This document shows, one piece after another, positions 22,079-31,815 of a DNA stretch of 31,815 nt. The stretch is from a virus. Lineage: Duplodnaviria; Heunggongvirae; Uroviricota; Caudoviricetes. The notes below the pieces were generated by a model. That model made no database searches. It was not told the origin of the DNA and saw only the letters and a list, made by a program, of their open reading frames with translations. Position 1 is the first letter of the stretch. Each line of letters opens with the position of its first letter. Position numbers and translations under genes: made by a program. The stretch lies in IMG/VR virus record IMGVR_UViG_2872152978_000007; one strand, given 5' to 3'.

Positions 22079-22544
22079 CGACGCCCCCTCCCGTATCCCC
22101 GGTAATAATGCCCCGGATATCGCGAAGGTGCCCCCCGGAATGATACTGCATTGAGCGGTATGGCGCTGTCGCCTGCCAGTAGTCAGCACCCCAGGGGGTC
22201 TGGAGATACCACCACGACGCATCATTACTGCCGCTATTATCCACCGATACCGATACCGATACCGATACCGATACAGAACCTTCCGACGCACTGGTGATAC
22301 GCCCCACCAGACCAGCCTGCCCGTCTCTCCCGTTTCCCAGCCCCCGCAATGCGCACAGATGCGCAACCAGCAGGAACAGAAGCTGTTCCCGCTCCTTCAG
22401 GTCGGTAACCGGACTGTCGTCCGTGTTATCCAGGTACAACGCGGTCGCCCGGTTAAACACCGCCGTCAGTAGCTCCGGTGTCACCGTGGAAAACTCCGGG
22501 TACAGACTGACAAACATCCGACAGTCAAACGTCACCGTACCCAT
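22068..22544 (-). CDS. Phage protein carrying an internal (Ser-Val)n repeat
   Basis: 158-aa ORF; ...[19 protein letters not shown]... encoded by the hexanucleotide tandem repeat at 22244..22273. Confidence 0.5.
   Translation of the reverse strand: MGTVTFDCRMFVSLYPEFSTVTPELLTAVFNRATALYLDNTDDSPVTDLKEREQLLFLLVAHLCALRGLGNGRDGQAGLVGRITSASEGSVSVSVSVSVSVDNSGSNDASWWYLQTPWGADYWQATAPYRSMQYHSGGHLRDIRGIITGDTGGGVDGK
22244..22273. repeat. Perfect hexanucleotide tandem repeat (CCGATA)5 within a coding sequence
   Basis: ccgataccgataccgataccgataccgata read directly from the sequence; in frame, so copy-number change keeps the reading frame. Confidence 0.95.
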
Positions 22545-22549
22545 AGCGT

Positions 22550-23841
<1,292 letters not shown>

Positions 23842-24133
23842 AGCCTCACCTCCGCAAATAACGGATGGCGTAGTTTTACACTGAGAAATGAAAGGGATTT
23901 GAAAAGAAAAAAACGCAAAAGCGGGCGAAACGATATATACAGTAAGGAAAGCACTCTATCCAACAAACCACCCACAGTTAATCGGAATAAAAGCAGAGTG
24001 CTTATGAATGATCGCACGCCCGAAGGTTAGTATTTCTGCACAGCAATTTTGCAAAAAAAGGCGATCATTCATAACTTAAACGTCTTTCAGTCACTCCGGG
24101 ATTTCCCATCATCGCAGACTGAAAGACTCTGAC

Positions 24134-24208
<75 letters not shown>

Positions 24209-24211
24209 ATA

Positions 24212-24287
<76 letters not shown>

Positions 24288-24289
24288 GC

Positions 24290-24366
24290 TGGCCCACCAC
24301 CGAGGACTCGAACCTCGCACCGTCAACTTAGAAGGTTGATGCTCTATCCGGATGAGCTAGTGGTGG
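24290..24366 (-). tRNA. tRNA-Arg (anticodon UCU)
   Basis: Reverse complement CCACCACTAGCTCATCCGGATAGAGCATCAACCTTCTAAGTTGACGGTGCGAGGTTCGAGTCCTCGGTGGTGGGCCA; 7-bp acceptor stem, anticodon loop CTTCTAA; unusual C1-G72 first pair. Confidence 0.75.
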
Positions 24367-24367
24367 T

Positions 24368-24444
24368 TGGTGGCCCTTGCTGGACTTGAACCAGCGACCT
24401 GGCGATTATGAGTCGCTCGCTCTGACCAACTGAGCTAAAGGGCC
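24368..24444 (-). tRNA. tRNA-Ile2/Met-like (anticodon CAU; ileX/ileZ-like)
   Basis: Reverse complement GGCCCTTTAGCTCAGTTGGTCAGAGCGAGCGACTCATAATCGCCAGGTCGCTGGTTCAAGTCCAGCAAGGGCCACCA; anticodon loop CTCATAA; resembles chromosomal ileX. Confidence 0.8.
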
Positions 24445-24532
24445 GGAGGCAGAATAATAACCATATGTCATCACATCTGCAAACTCATCTGACCACCAGC
24501 ACGTTTAACGTCCTGTGCCGTTTTTCAGGTAT

Positions 24533-24554
24533 AAAAAAACCCGCATAAAGCGGG
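24533..24554 (-). terminator. Rho-independent terminator, minus strand (tR'-like position upstream of tRNAs and holin)
   Basis: Minus strand reads CCCGC-TTTAT-GCGGG followed by 7 T (plus-strand aaaaaaacccgcataaagcggg). Confidence 0.6.
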
Positions 24555-24580
24555 CTCTTTCAAATGTCCATGTGAAGTGG

Positions 24581-25749
<1,169 letters not shown>

Positions 25750-25821
25750 TGGAGCACCTGTGTTGTTCTGAGGTGAGCATATCACCTCTGTTCAGGTGGC
25801 CAAATTCAGTGTGCCACTTCA

Positions 25822-26159
25822 CTGATAAAAGCGCCCTGTACTGGTTAGCAATAGCAAATTTACTTCCAGCTGCTCTGATTTCAAGAAAGCTGTACACCTC
25901 CCTTATGCCTATATTTTTAACCGGAACACCACCAAAGTATTCACTTATGATTTTCAACCTCTGGTTGTGTCTTTTCATGGTGTTTGTGCTTAATTGTCTA
26001 CGCTCTATTTCATTTCTGAAATTTAATATCAGCTCGCAGAATAATGTTACGCTATTACCTTTTATTCTATCCAGTAAGCTTATATGTTGCGTGGATAATA
26101 ATTCCATATTTGCCGCAATAGCCTCATTAACTGCAATTCTTTTGTCTCTTCCGATTCCA
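25822..26159 (-). pseudogene. AT-rich internal fragment of an integrase/recombinase-like gene, truncated at both ends by IS911 and IS1
   Basis: Open frame ...LSTNTMKRHNQRLKIISEYFGGVPVKNIGIREVYSFLEIRA... resembles the N-terminal core-binding domain of tyrosine recombinases; no start or stop of its own. Confidence 0.3.
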
Positions 26160-26174
26160 GGTGATGACTCCAAC

Positions 26175-26570
26175 TTACTGATAGTGTTTTATGTTCAGAT
26201 AATGCCCGATGACCTTGTCATGCAGCTCCACCGATTTTGAGAACGACAGTGACTTCCGTCCCAGCCTTGCCAGATGTTGTCTCAGATTCAGATTATGTCG
26301 CTCAATGCGCTGAGTGTAACGCTTGCTGATAACGTGCAGCTTTCCCTTCAGGCGTGATTCATACAGCGGCCAGCCATCCGTCATCCATACCACGACCTCA
26401 AAGGCCGACAGCAGGCTCAGAAGACGCTCCAGTGTGGCCAGAGTGCGTTCACCGAAGACGTGCGCCACAACCGTCCTCCGTATCCTGTCATACGCGTAAA
26501 ACAGCCAGCGCTGACGTGATTTAGCACCGACGTAGCCCCACTGTTCGTCCATTTCAGCGCAGACAATCAC
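26175..26570 (-). CDS. insB: IS1 InsB
   Basis: Same protein as copy A InsB; the track ORF extends upstream in the InsAB' frame. Confidence 0.85.
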   Translation of the reverse strand: MIVCAEMDEQWGYVGAKSRQRWLFYAYDRIRRTVVAHVFGERTLATLERLLSLLSAFEVVVWMTDGWPLYESRLKGKLHVISKRYTQRIERHNLNLRQHLARLGRKSLSFSKSVELHDKVIGHYLNIKHYQ

Positions 26571-26596
26571 ATCACTGCCCGGTTGTATGCGCGAGG

Positions 26597-26872
26597 TTAC
26601 CGACTGCGGCCTGAGTTTTTTAAGTGACGTAAAACCGTGTTGAGGCCAACGCCCATAATGCGTGCACTGGCGCGACATCCGACGCCATTCATGGCCATAT
26701 CAATGATTTTCTGGTGCGTACCGGGCTGAGAGGCGGTGTAAGTGAACTGTAGTTGCCATGTTTTACGGCAATGAGAGCAGAGATAGCGCTGATGTCCGGC
26801 AGTGCTTTTGCCGTTACGCACCACGCCTTCAGTAGCGGAGCAGGAAGGACATCTGATGGAAATGGAAGCCAC
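26597..26872 (-). CDS. insA: IS1 InsA
   Basis: [40 protein letters not shown]... Confidence 0.9.
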   Translation of the reverse strand: MASISIRCPSCSATEGVVRNGKSTAGHQRYLCSHCRKTWQLQFTYTASQPGTHQKIIDMAMNGVGCRASARIMGVGLNTVLRHLKNSGRSR

Positions 26873-27251
26873 GCAAGCACCTTAAAATCACCATCATACA
26901 CTAAATCAGTAAGTTGGCAGCATTACCCCATTGCTGGCATAAATTCAGTTTCGAATATTCAGTTAATTAAAGTTCGTGTGCCATCTTGTCTTTTTCGGCA
27001 CAAGCTGCACCGCAATATTTTCGTTTCTTTCTGGCAATCATGTTTCCATGCATATAAATAAGCTCGCCAGTAAAAGCTTTTTCAGGTAAAAACTGTTTAT
27101 TGCAGAGATGGTAATCACATTGTATTAAATCCGGGTCACCTTTTTGCTGGAGAATTTTTCTGATTCTCCACAGCCATTTTTTAATCCCGGTATGACTGAT
27201 GGTCTGCCTGAGGTGTACTGGCAATAGCGGACACTACCATTTGTTCTTTTT

Positions 27252-28070
27252 TTAAGCAGCCATCTGATGATATTTTTCCCTGAAGGCTGCCGGGGAGATA
27301 TTCCCCAGACGAGAGTGACGACGCTGACGATTGTAGAAAATCTCAATGTATTCCCGTATTACTGAGATGGCTTCATCCCGGTTATTAAAACGATAGTGGC
27401 TCAGGCTCTCATTTTTCAGCGTTCCCCAGAAGCTTTCCATCGGAGCGTTGTCGTAACAGTGACCTTTACGCGACATTGATGTTTTCAGACCAGACTGCTC
27501 CTGTATGACCCGGTAATCGTATGCGCAGTACTGTGAACCTCGATCAGAGTGGTGGATTAGCCCGGCAGGTGGGCGCTGGCTCCTGAGCGCCATAAACAGG
27601 GCTTTACCTGTCAGCTCTTTTGTCATGCGCTCTCCCATGGCGTAGCCGACAATTTCGCACGTATAAACATCTTTGATGCCAGCGAGGTACAACCATCCCT
27701 CCTGTGTGGCAACATACGTCAGGTCCGCCACCCAGACCTGATTTGGTGCTGTAGGAGCGAACGTCTGGTTCAGCAGATTTGGCGCAACTGGCAGATTGTG
27801 GTTCGGGTTCGTAGTCGCTCTGAACTTGCGTTTCTGCTTACAGCGTAGCCTTAGCTCCTTACGAAGACGTGCCAGTCGGTCACGACCAACGATGATGCCA
27901 TTCTCTGCCAGCTCCGTCTGGAGCCGCCGGGTTCCATATGTTTCGCGAGTGCGGATATGTGCCACCTTAATCTCCAGTTTTAGCCGCTCATCACTTTGTT
28001 TTCTGTCTGAGGGTTCATGCTGTACCCAGTTGTAATAACCGCTCCTGGATACACCAAATACCTGACACAT
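27252..28070 (-). CDS. IS600 transposase OrfB
   Basis: 272-aa ORF ...NQVWVADLTYVATQEGWLYLAGIKDVYTCEIVGYAMGERMTKEL...HSDRGSQYCAYDY... Confidence 0.9.
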   Translation of the reverse strand: MCQVFGVSRSGYYNWVQHEPSDRKQSDERLKLEIKVAHIRTRETYGTRRLQTELAENGIIVGRDRLARLRKELRLRCKQKRKFRATTNPNHNLPVAPNLLNQTFAPTAPNQVWVADLTYVATQEGWLYLAGIKDVYTCEIVGYAMGERMTKELTGKALFMALRSQRPPAGLIHHSDRGSQYCAYDYRVIQEQSGLKTSMSRKGHCYDNAPMESFWGTLKNESLSHYRFNNRDEAISVIREYIEIFYNRQRRHSRLGNISPAAFREKYHQMAA

Positions 28071-28105
28071 CGCTTCAATGGGAAATTGTTGTCGCCATTG
28101 TTCGA

Positions 28106-28408
28106 TTAACGCGTATTTTTCAGCGACTCCTGTGCAAAATACGCTGTTGCTTTTTTTAATATATCTCGCTCAAGGCGAGCTTCATTTAACGCCTTACGCA
28201 GTTGCAGAATTTCAGATTCCAGTTCAGCCACCGTGCGGGAACCAGGAGTACCGAGCCCTTTTCTGGCGGCGGTAACCCATTGTCCTAAAGTGCCTTCAGG
28301 AAGGGATAATCGGGAAGCGCCTTCACTGATCGAAAGTTGATTTTCAAGAACCGTTCTGACAGCTTCGGCTTTGAACTCTTTAGAGTAACGTTGGTTTTTT
28401 CTGCTCAT
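28106..28408 (-). CDS. IS600 OrfA
   Basis: MSRKNQRYSKEFKAEAVRTVLENQLSISEGASRLSLPEGTLGQWVTAARKGLGTPGSRTVAELESEILQLRKALNEARLERDILKKATAYFAQESLKNTR. Confidence 0.9.
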   Translation of the reverse strand: MSRKNQRYSKEFKAEAVRTVLENQLSISEGASRLSLPEGTLGQWVTAARKGLGTPGSRTVAELESEILQLRKALNEARLERDILKKATAYFAQESLKNTR

Positions 28409-28531
28409 TATTAGCTCCTTCTGATGCCATTCTATTTCAGGAAGGAGTGTCCGTTAAACTCAGGCTACCTCAGCCTGAGGGCAGGTGTAAAACAATAATC
28501 AAGCATGGGGTTCATATCCATAGCTCCATTT

Positions 28532-29077
28532 TTATTTTAAGGAAAGCAACTGCTCTACGGTCATGTTTTTAATTGCGCCCCGGTTTACAAGAGTCCAGCC
28601 CTGTTTTTCCAGATAAAACCAGAAAGTCTCCAGGGTACAGACCAGTGCGCCATCAGGAACGGTTTCGGTGAATTCGACATTGCCGAATTTGTCGAAGTGA
28701 ACAACCAGAGTGCGACCATCACCCGGAATCATCTTGTCAGCAGGTGGGGTGTTATTCTGGCGCAGTTCGGCCTCCATGCGGTCGAACTCAGCAATGTAGG
28801 CTTCCTTGAATGTGGCGGCTTTTTTGCCCGTGAAGCCCATCACCAGGAAAACGAAGCCGTTTTTGGTGATTTGGTAGGCGTTATAAGAATTGCCGCGGTG
28901 TTCGAATTTAACCCGCGAAAAGTTGCTGGTTAAAAATAGTTCAGAACATTCGAGGGATTCTATTTTTTGAACAACATGGTGATGCTGCTTGCCAAAAAAC
29001 TCAGCAATCGAAATAGAAGTAGTGACGGCGCGACCATTTTCGATGGTTACGTCAGGGTGAGAAAGGGTGGTAGCCAT
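28532..29077 (-). CDS. Rha-family phage regulatory protein (antirepressor-like)
   Basis: Likely start MATTLSHPDVTIENGRAVTTSISIAEFFGKQHHHVVQKIESL... (track ORF extends upstream to 29236); Rha-type N-terminal motif. Confidence 0.55.
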   Translation of the reverse strand: MATTLSHPDVTIENGRAVTTSISIAEFFGKQHHHVVQKIESLECSELFLTSNFSRVKFEHRGNSYNAYQITKNGFVFLVMGFTGKKAATFKEAYIAEFDRMEAELRQNNTPPADKMIPGDGRTLVVHFDKFGNVEFTETVPDGALVCTLETFWFYLEKQGWTLVNRGAIKNMTVEQLLSLK

Positions 29078-29243
29078 AATGACATCCTCAAGTGATAAGT
29101 TAATTAACTCACCAGCAGAGGTGCTAATCTCATGGGTGGTGAGACGCACAGGGTTAGCACTACCGGTCACTCGAGAACCCGGCCAGCCTTGCGGCTGCCC
29201 CGCACGCCTCACCATAATTTGAATGTGGCTGTGCATTACGCAT

Positions 29244-29268
29244 AAAAAAAAACCGCTTCAGCGCGGTT
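29244..29268 (-). terminator. Rho-independent terminator, minus strand
   Basis: Minus strand reads AACCGC-GCTGAA-GCGGTT followed by a T run (plus-strand aaaaaaaaaccgcttcagcgcggtt). Confidence 0.5.
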
Positions 29269-29395
29269 ATGCGCTCGAGTAACTTTCGGGGTGCTAATCC
29301 CGGCGCCCGTTTTATGAGGTGCAGGTGCATTATAATTCCACCCGTTCTGGTTTTCAATAGCTACATTCAACATTTTCTCTTTCCTTTCATCACCG

Positions 29396-29560
29396 AAGTG
29401 AATTTTGTGATGCGGTGCCTAGTGCCTCCAGGTGACGTTAACCAGTTAACAATTACAGTCGGCTTTCCCACCCAAACCAATAAGGACTAACATGACTTTT
29501 AACTGTGCCGCGTGCGCTTAGCCGCATTCACCGCATCACAAAATTCACTTTAAAAAGGGC
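29396..29560. repeat. 22-bp perfect inverted repeat pair separated by 121 bp
   Basis: AAGTGAATTTTGTGATGCGGTG at 29396..29417; exact reverse complement CACCGCATCACAAAATTCACTT at 29539..29560. Confidence 0.9.
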
Positions 29561-29794
29561 GGACATCAGCCAGCAATTAAACCGATGCCGCCAACTGGTA
29601 CTTCACACAGCAATGTCGTTATTTACAACCGGAAGCGCACTCCCACCATTTAAATTTCACAGACAAGACCGACTCTTTATGAATACCGGAAATGCGCCTT
29701 CGTGTTGTGCCCGGTTTTATTTCACCACCTCCGGGCTTTGGTGGCCTCGGCTATACCTCTACAGCGAGAATATTGAATTAATCCAATAAATGGA

Positions 29795-30001
29795 TTAGCT
29801 GGTATTTTTGGCAAGCCAGCGACGTGCGCCAGCTTCGGTTTTAAACGTTTTGCTTTTGGTATACGTCATGGCGGTGAATGTGCCGTCCTGATTGGGAAAC
29901 ACGCCACACACTAGGGATTCGTTGTTGCCAAGATCGATAGTATCCATGCTGACCTCATTTCCCCTTAACGCCGGGGTAGCGGAACTGTTTGCTGAGAACA
30001 C
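29795..30001 (-). CDS. Small hypothetical protein of the dicA-side operon
   Basis: 68-aa ORF; probable core MDTIDLGNNESLVCGVFPNQDGTFTAMTYTKSKTFKTEAGARRWLAKNTS. Confidence 0.35.
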   Translation of the reverse strand: MFSANSSATPALRGNEVSMDTIDLGNNESLVCGVFPNQDGTFTAMTYTKSKTFKTEAGARRWLAKNTS

Positions 30002-30149
30002 CGTGCGGTGTCTTGATGAATGAAATTTAGAATAACCTAAGGTGTTGGGTTAAGATTTTATGTAGAAAAACCTAAGTTTTTTTGATGTAAAAAACACAAG
30101 TGTTTGAAAGTTTGTGCTTTTTATTGCAGGGTGTGGAGAAAAAAGGGGA

Positions 30150-30557
30150 TTATTTGTTTGCGCTTCTTTTGCGAGCTTTGAGTAGTTCTTCAAAAAGTTT
30201 GTTGAAATTTTCAACTCGAGCACGCATCTCTGACAACAGGGCCTTTTGCTCTGACTCAGGCAGTGCGTCGAACAGTTGAAGTAACTCTTTTTGATCTTCT
30301 GTCAGAATGGCTGGCTGATTATCCGGGATCGGTTCGCCTGGTTGTTTATCTTCATCCCCAAAAAGAAGCCAAGTCGGTGAGCACTGAAGCGCTTGGCTCA
30401 GTGCGAATAATCTTTTCCCCGCCGGCTGTGTTTCATCTCTTTCCCATTGAGAAATTGTTACGTGAGCCACTTTGACCAGCTTACCTAATGCGGCCTGAGA
30501 CAGTTTTAATTTTTTACGCCTATGTAAGAGGCGAGCACCGAAGGTTTCGTTTTTCAT
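30150..30557 (-). CDS. dicA: DicA-like helix-turn-helix prophage repressor
   Basis: 135-aa ORF MKNETFGARLLHRRKKLKLSQAALGKLVKVAHVTISQWERDETQPAGKRLFALSQALQCSPTWLLFGDEDKQ...PESEQKALLSEMRARVENFNKLFEELLKARKRSANK, closely recalling E. coli Qin DicA. Confidence 0.8.
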   Translation of the reverse strand: MKNETFGARLLHRRKKLKLSQAALGKLVKVAHVTISQWERDETQPAGKRLFALSQALQCSPTWLLFGDEDKQPGEPIPDNQPAILTEDQKELLQLFDALPESEQKALLSEMRARVENFNKLFEELLKARKRSANK

Positions 30558-30633
30558 ATTAGGGAATTCTAATTTTTCTTGACTTAGGTTTCTCTACGAT
30601 CTAGTTTCCTTAGGAAAATCTAAGGAGCTCGAT
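30558..30633. promoter_or_regulatory. Divergent promoter/operator region between the dicA-like and dicC-like genes
   Basis: TTGACT at 30579..30584; dyad CCTTAG-gaaaat-CTAAGG at 30608..30625; CTTAGG/CCTAAG cores recur at 30583..30590 and downstream of dicA at 30035..30042 and 30069..30076. Confidence 0.5.
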
Positions 30634-30862
30634 ATGTTGAAAATTGATGCTATAGCGTTTTTTGGCAGCAAAACAAAGCATTGCCAATGCCGCAGGAGTT
30701 AGGCTGGCAAGCATTGCTGCATGGGGGGAACTGGTTCCTGAAGGTCGCGCGATGCGCCTGCAAGAGGCATCTGGCGGGGAACTTCAGTACGACCCCAAAG
30801 TTTATGACGAATATCGTAAGGCAAAACGACCTGGGAAGGTGATTCATGAAAATCAGGCATGA
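30634..30862 (+). pseudogene. dicC: DicC-like Cro-type regulator, frameshifted near 30679
   Basis: ATG at 30634 with AAGGA upstream gives MLKIDAIAFFGSKTK then stops; the next frame continues ...ANAAGVRLASIAAWGELVPEGRAMRLQEASGGELQYDPKVYDEYRKAKRPGKVIHENQA. Confidence 0.6.
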
Positions 30863-31268
30863 GCACATCGAATCAGTGCTGTTAGCCCTGGCAGCCGAAA
30901 AAGGGCAGGCGTGGGTCGCTAACGCAATTACTGAAGAATATCTGCGGCAGGGGGGCGGCGAATTGCCTCTGGTACCAGGCAAGGACTGGAACAATCAGCA
31001 GAATATCTATCACCGTTGGTTGAAAGGTGAAACGAAAGCGCAAAGGGAAAAAATTCAGAAACTGATCCCTGCGGTTCTGGCAATTCTTCCGCGTGAGCTG
31101 CGTCACCGACTCTGTATCTTCGATACCCTGGAACGCCGTGCATTACTGGCGGCGCAGGAAGCGTTGAGTACGGCAATTGATGCGCATGATGACGCAGTTC
31201 AGGCCGTTTACCGGAAAGCACATTTCAGCGGTGGTGGGTCGTCCGACGATTCTGTCGTTGTGCATTGA
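30846..31268 (+). CDS. ydaT: YdaT-like prophage protein
   Basis: 140-aa ORF MKIRHEHIESVLLALAAEKGQAWVANAITEEYLRQGGGELPLVPGKDWNNQQNIYHRWLKGET..., recalling E. coli Rac YdaT; overlaps the dicC-like stop. Confidence 0.6.
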   Translation: MKIRHEHIESVLLALAAEKGQAWVANAITEEYLRQGGGELPLVPGKDWNNQQNIYHRWLKGETKAQREKIQKLIPAVLAILPRELRHRLCIFDTLERRALLAAQEALSTAIDAHDDAVQAVYRKAHFSGGGSSDDSVVVH

Positions 31269-31359
31269 TGTTTATGCCGAACCTCCTCTGGTTCTGTTGA
31301 TTGGGGAATCACAGATTATATCCGGAGGAAGGTTCGGCACCAGACGAGGTTTCTATATA

Positions 31360-31440
31360 TGAGCATGAAACTAATGGCAAAAGCAATGGAAATTAAAGTG
31401 GGTAATCCATTGCGTAAGCTGGTTCTGATTAAGCTGGCTG
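31360..31440 (+). pseudogene. Start of a prophage helix-turn-helix / replication-initiation-like gene, truncated by IS911
   Basis: MSMKLMAKAMEIKVGNPLRKLVLIKLA reads directly into the IS911 left terminal repeat at 31441. Confidence 0.4.

Positions 31441-31815
<375 letters not shown>

Larger units (their letters stand above)
26160..26927 (-). mobile_element. IS1 copy C (768 bp), no flanking target duplication
   Basis: Termini GGTGATGACTCCAACTTACTGATAGTG... and ...GGCAGCATTACC; flanks CCGATTCCA and CCATTGCTG do not match. Confidence 0.95.
27209..28462 (-). mobile_element. IS600 (IS3 family)
   Basis: Terminal repeats TGAGGTGTACTGGCAATAGCGGACAC (27209..) and reverse complement of TGAGGTAGCCTGAGTTTAACGGACAC (..28462); flanked by 3-bp direct repeat GCC (27206..27208 and 28463..28465). 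Confidence 0.9.
26967..28508 (-). pseudogene. Small Cys-rich (zinc-ribbon-like) prophage early gene, interrupted by IS600
   Basis: ATG at 28508 with GGAG upstream gives MNPMLDYCFTPAL, which joins in frame across the 3-bp duplication to RQTISHTGIKKWLWRIRKILQQKGDPDLIQCDYHLCNKQF...KYCGAACAEKDKMAHEL (stop at 26967); 96 codons reconstructed. Confidence 0.5.

Noticed and set aside
22244-22273. Possible CRISPR array
   Set aside because: The only short tandem repeat is a 6-bp coding microsatellite with no spacers; other repeats in the window are IS copies. No CRISPR array and no cas genes are present.
23842-24133. Toxin or other cargo gene between the tRNA cluster and the holin (the stx position in Stx phages)
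   Set aside because: No ORF of 60 codons or more on either strand; the interval contains only the inverted-repeat structures reported above.
29269-29789. Plus-strand ORFs of 73 and 94 codons in the ORF-poor region
   Set aside because: No ribosome-binding sites, atypical composition, and they span the inverted-repeat unit; more likely non-coding.
30634-31268. DicC-like/YdaT-like pair as a functional toxin-antitoxin or defence module
   Set aside because: The YdaT family is sometimes labelled a toxin, but here the pair sits in a standard prophage immunity context and the Cro-like partner is frame-broken; I see no sequence evidence for a defence role.

Overview
Enterobacterial (Shigella/E. coli-like) chromosomal accessory DNA: a heavily IS-riddled mosaic of decaying prophage modules, about 38% insertion sequence by length. 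I see no CRISPR array, no recognisable defence or toxin operon, and no convincing novel system; the interest lies in the rearrangement history readable from the sequence. (1) Two near-identical IS66-family elements in inverted orientation (1..2348, cut by the window edge, and 17833..20273) bracket a Mu-like contractile-tail module at 2349..17832: sheath C-terminus, tube, chaperone, tape measure, baseplate genes, two tail-fibre/assembly cassettes. The sheath N-terminus lies on the opposite strand at 20274..20622, and the 8 bp outside the two IS ends are exact reverse complements, so the ~15.5 kb segment was inverted by IS66-IS66 recombination after an IS66 insertion split the sheath gene. (2) Additional insertions with intact target duplications: IS1 in the tube gene, IS2 in a gp48-like gene, IS1 in a tail-fibre assembly gene, IS600 in a small zinc-ribbon gene. 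(3) Head-tail joining genes at 20603..22888 on the minus strand, one carrying a hexanucleotide tandem repeat. (4) A lambdoid late-region remnant on the minus strand: tR'-like terminator, four tRNA genes, structured leader, phage-21-type pinholin with no endolysin, bounded by IS911 copies. (5) A lambdoid early/immunity remnant at 28463..31440: Rha-like protein, DicA-like repressor, DicC-like Cro, YdaT-like protein and a replication-gene start cut by IS911. Many phage genes and one IS66 transposase carry frameshifts, often at short homopolymer runs. All homology calls are from my recollection of protein families, not from a database search.
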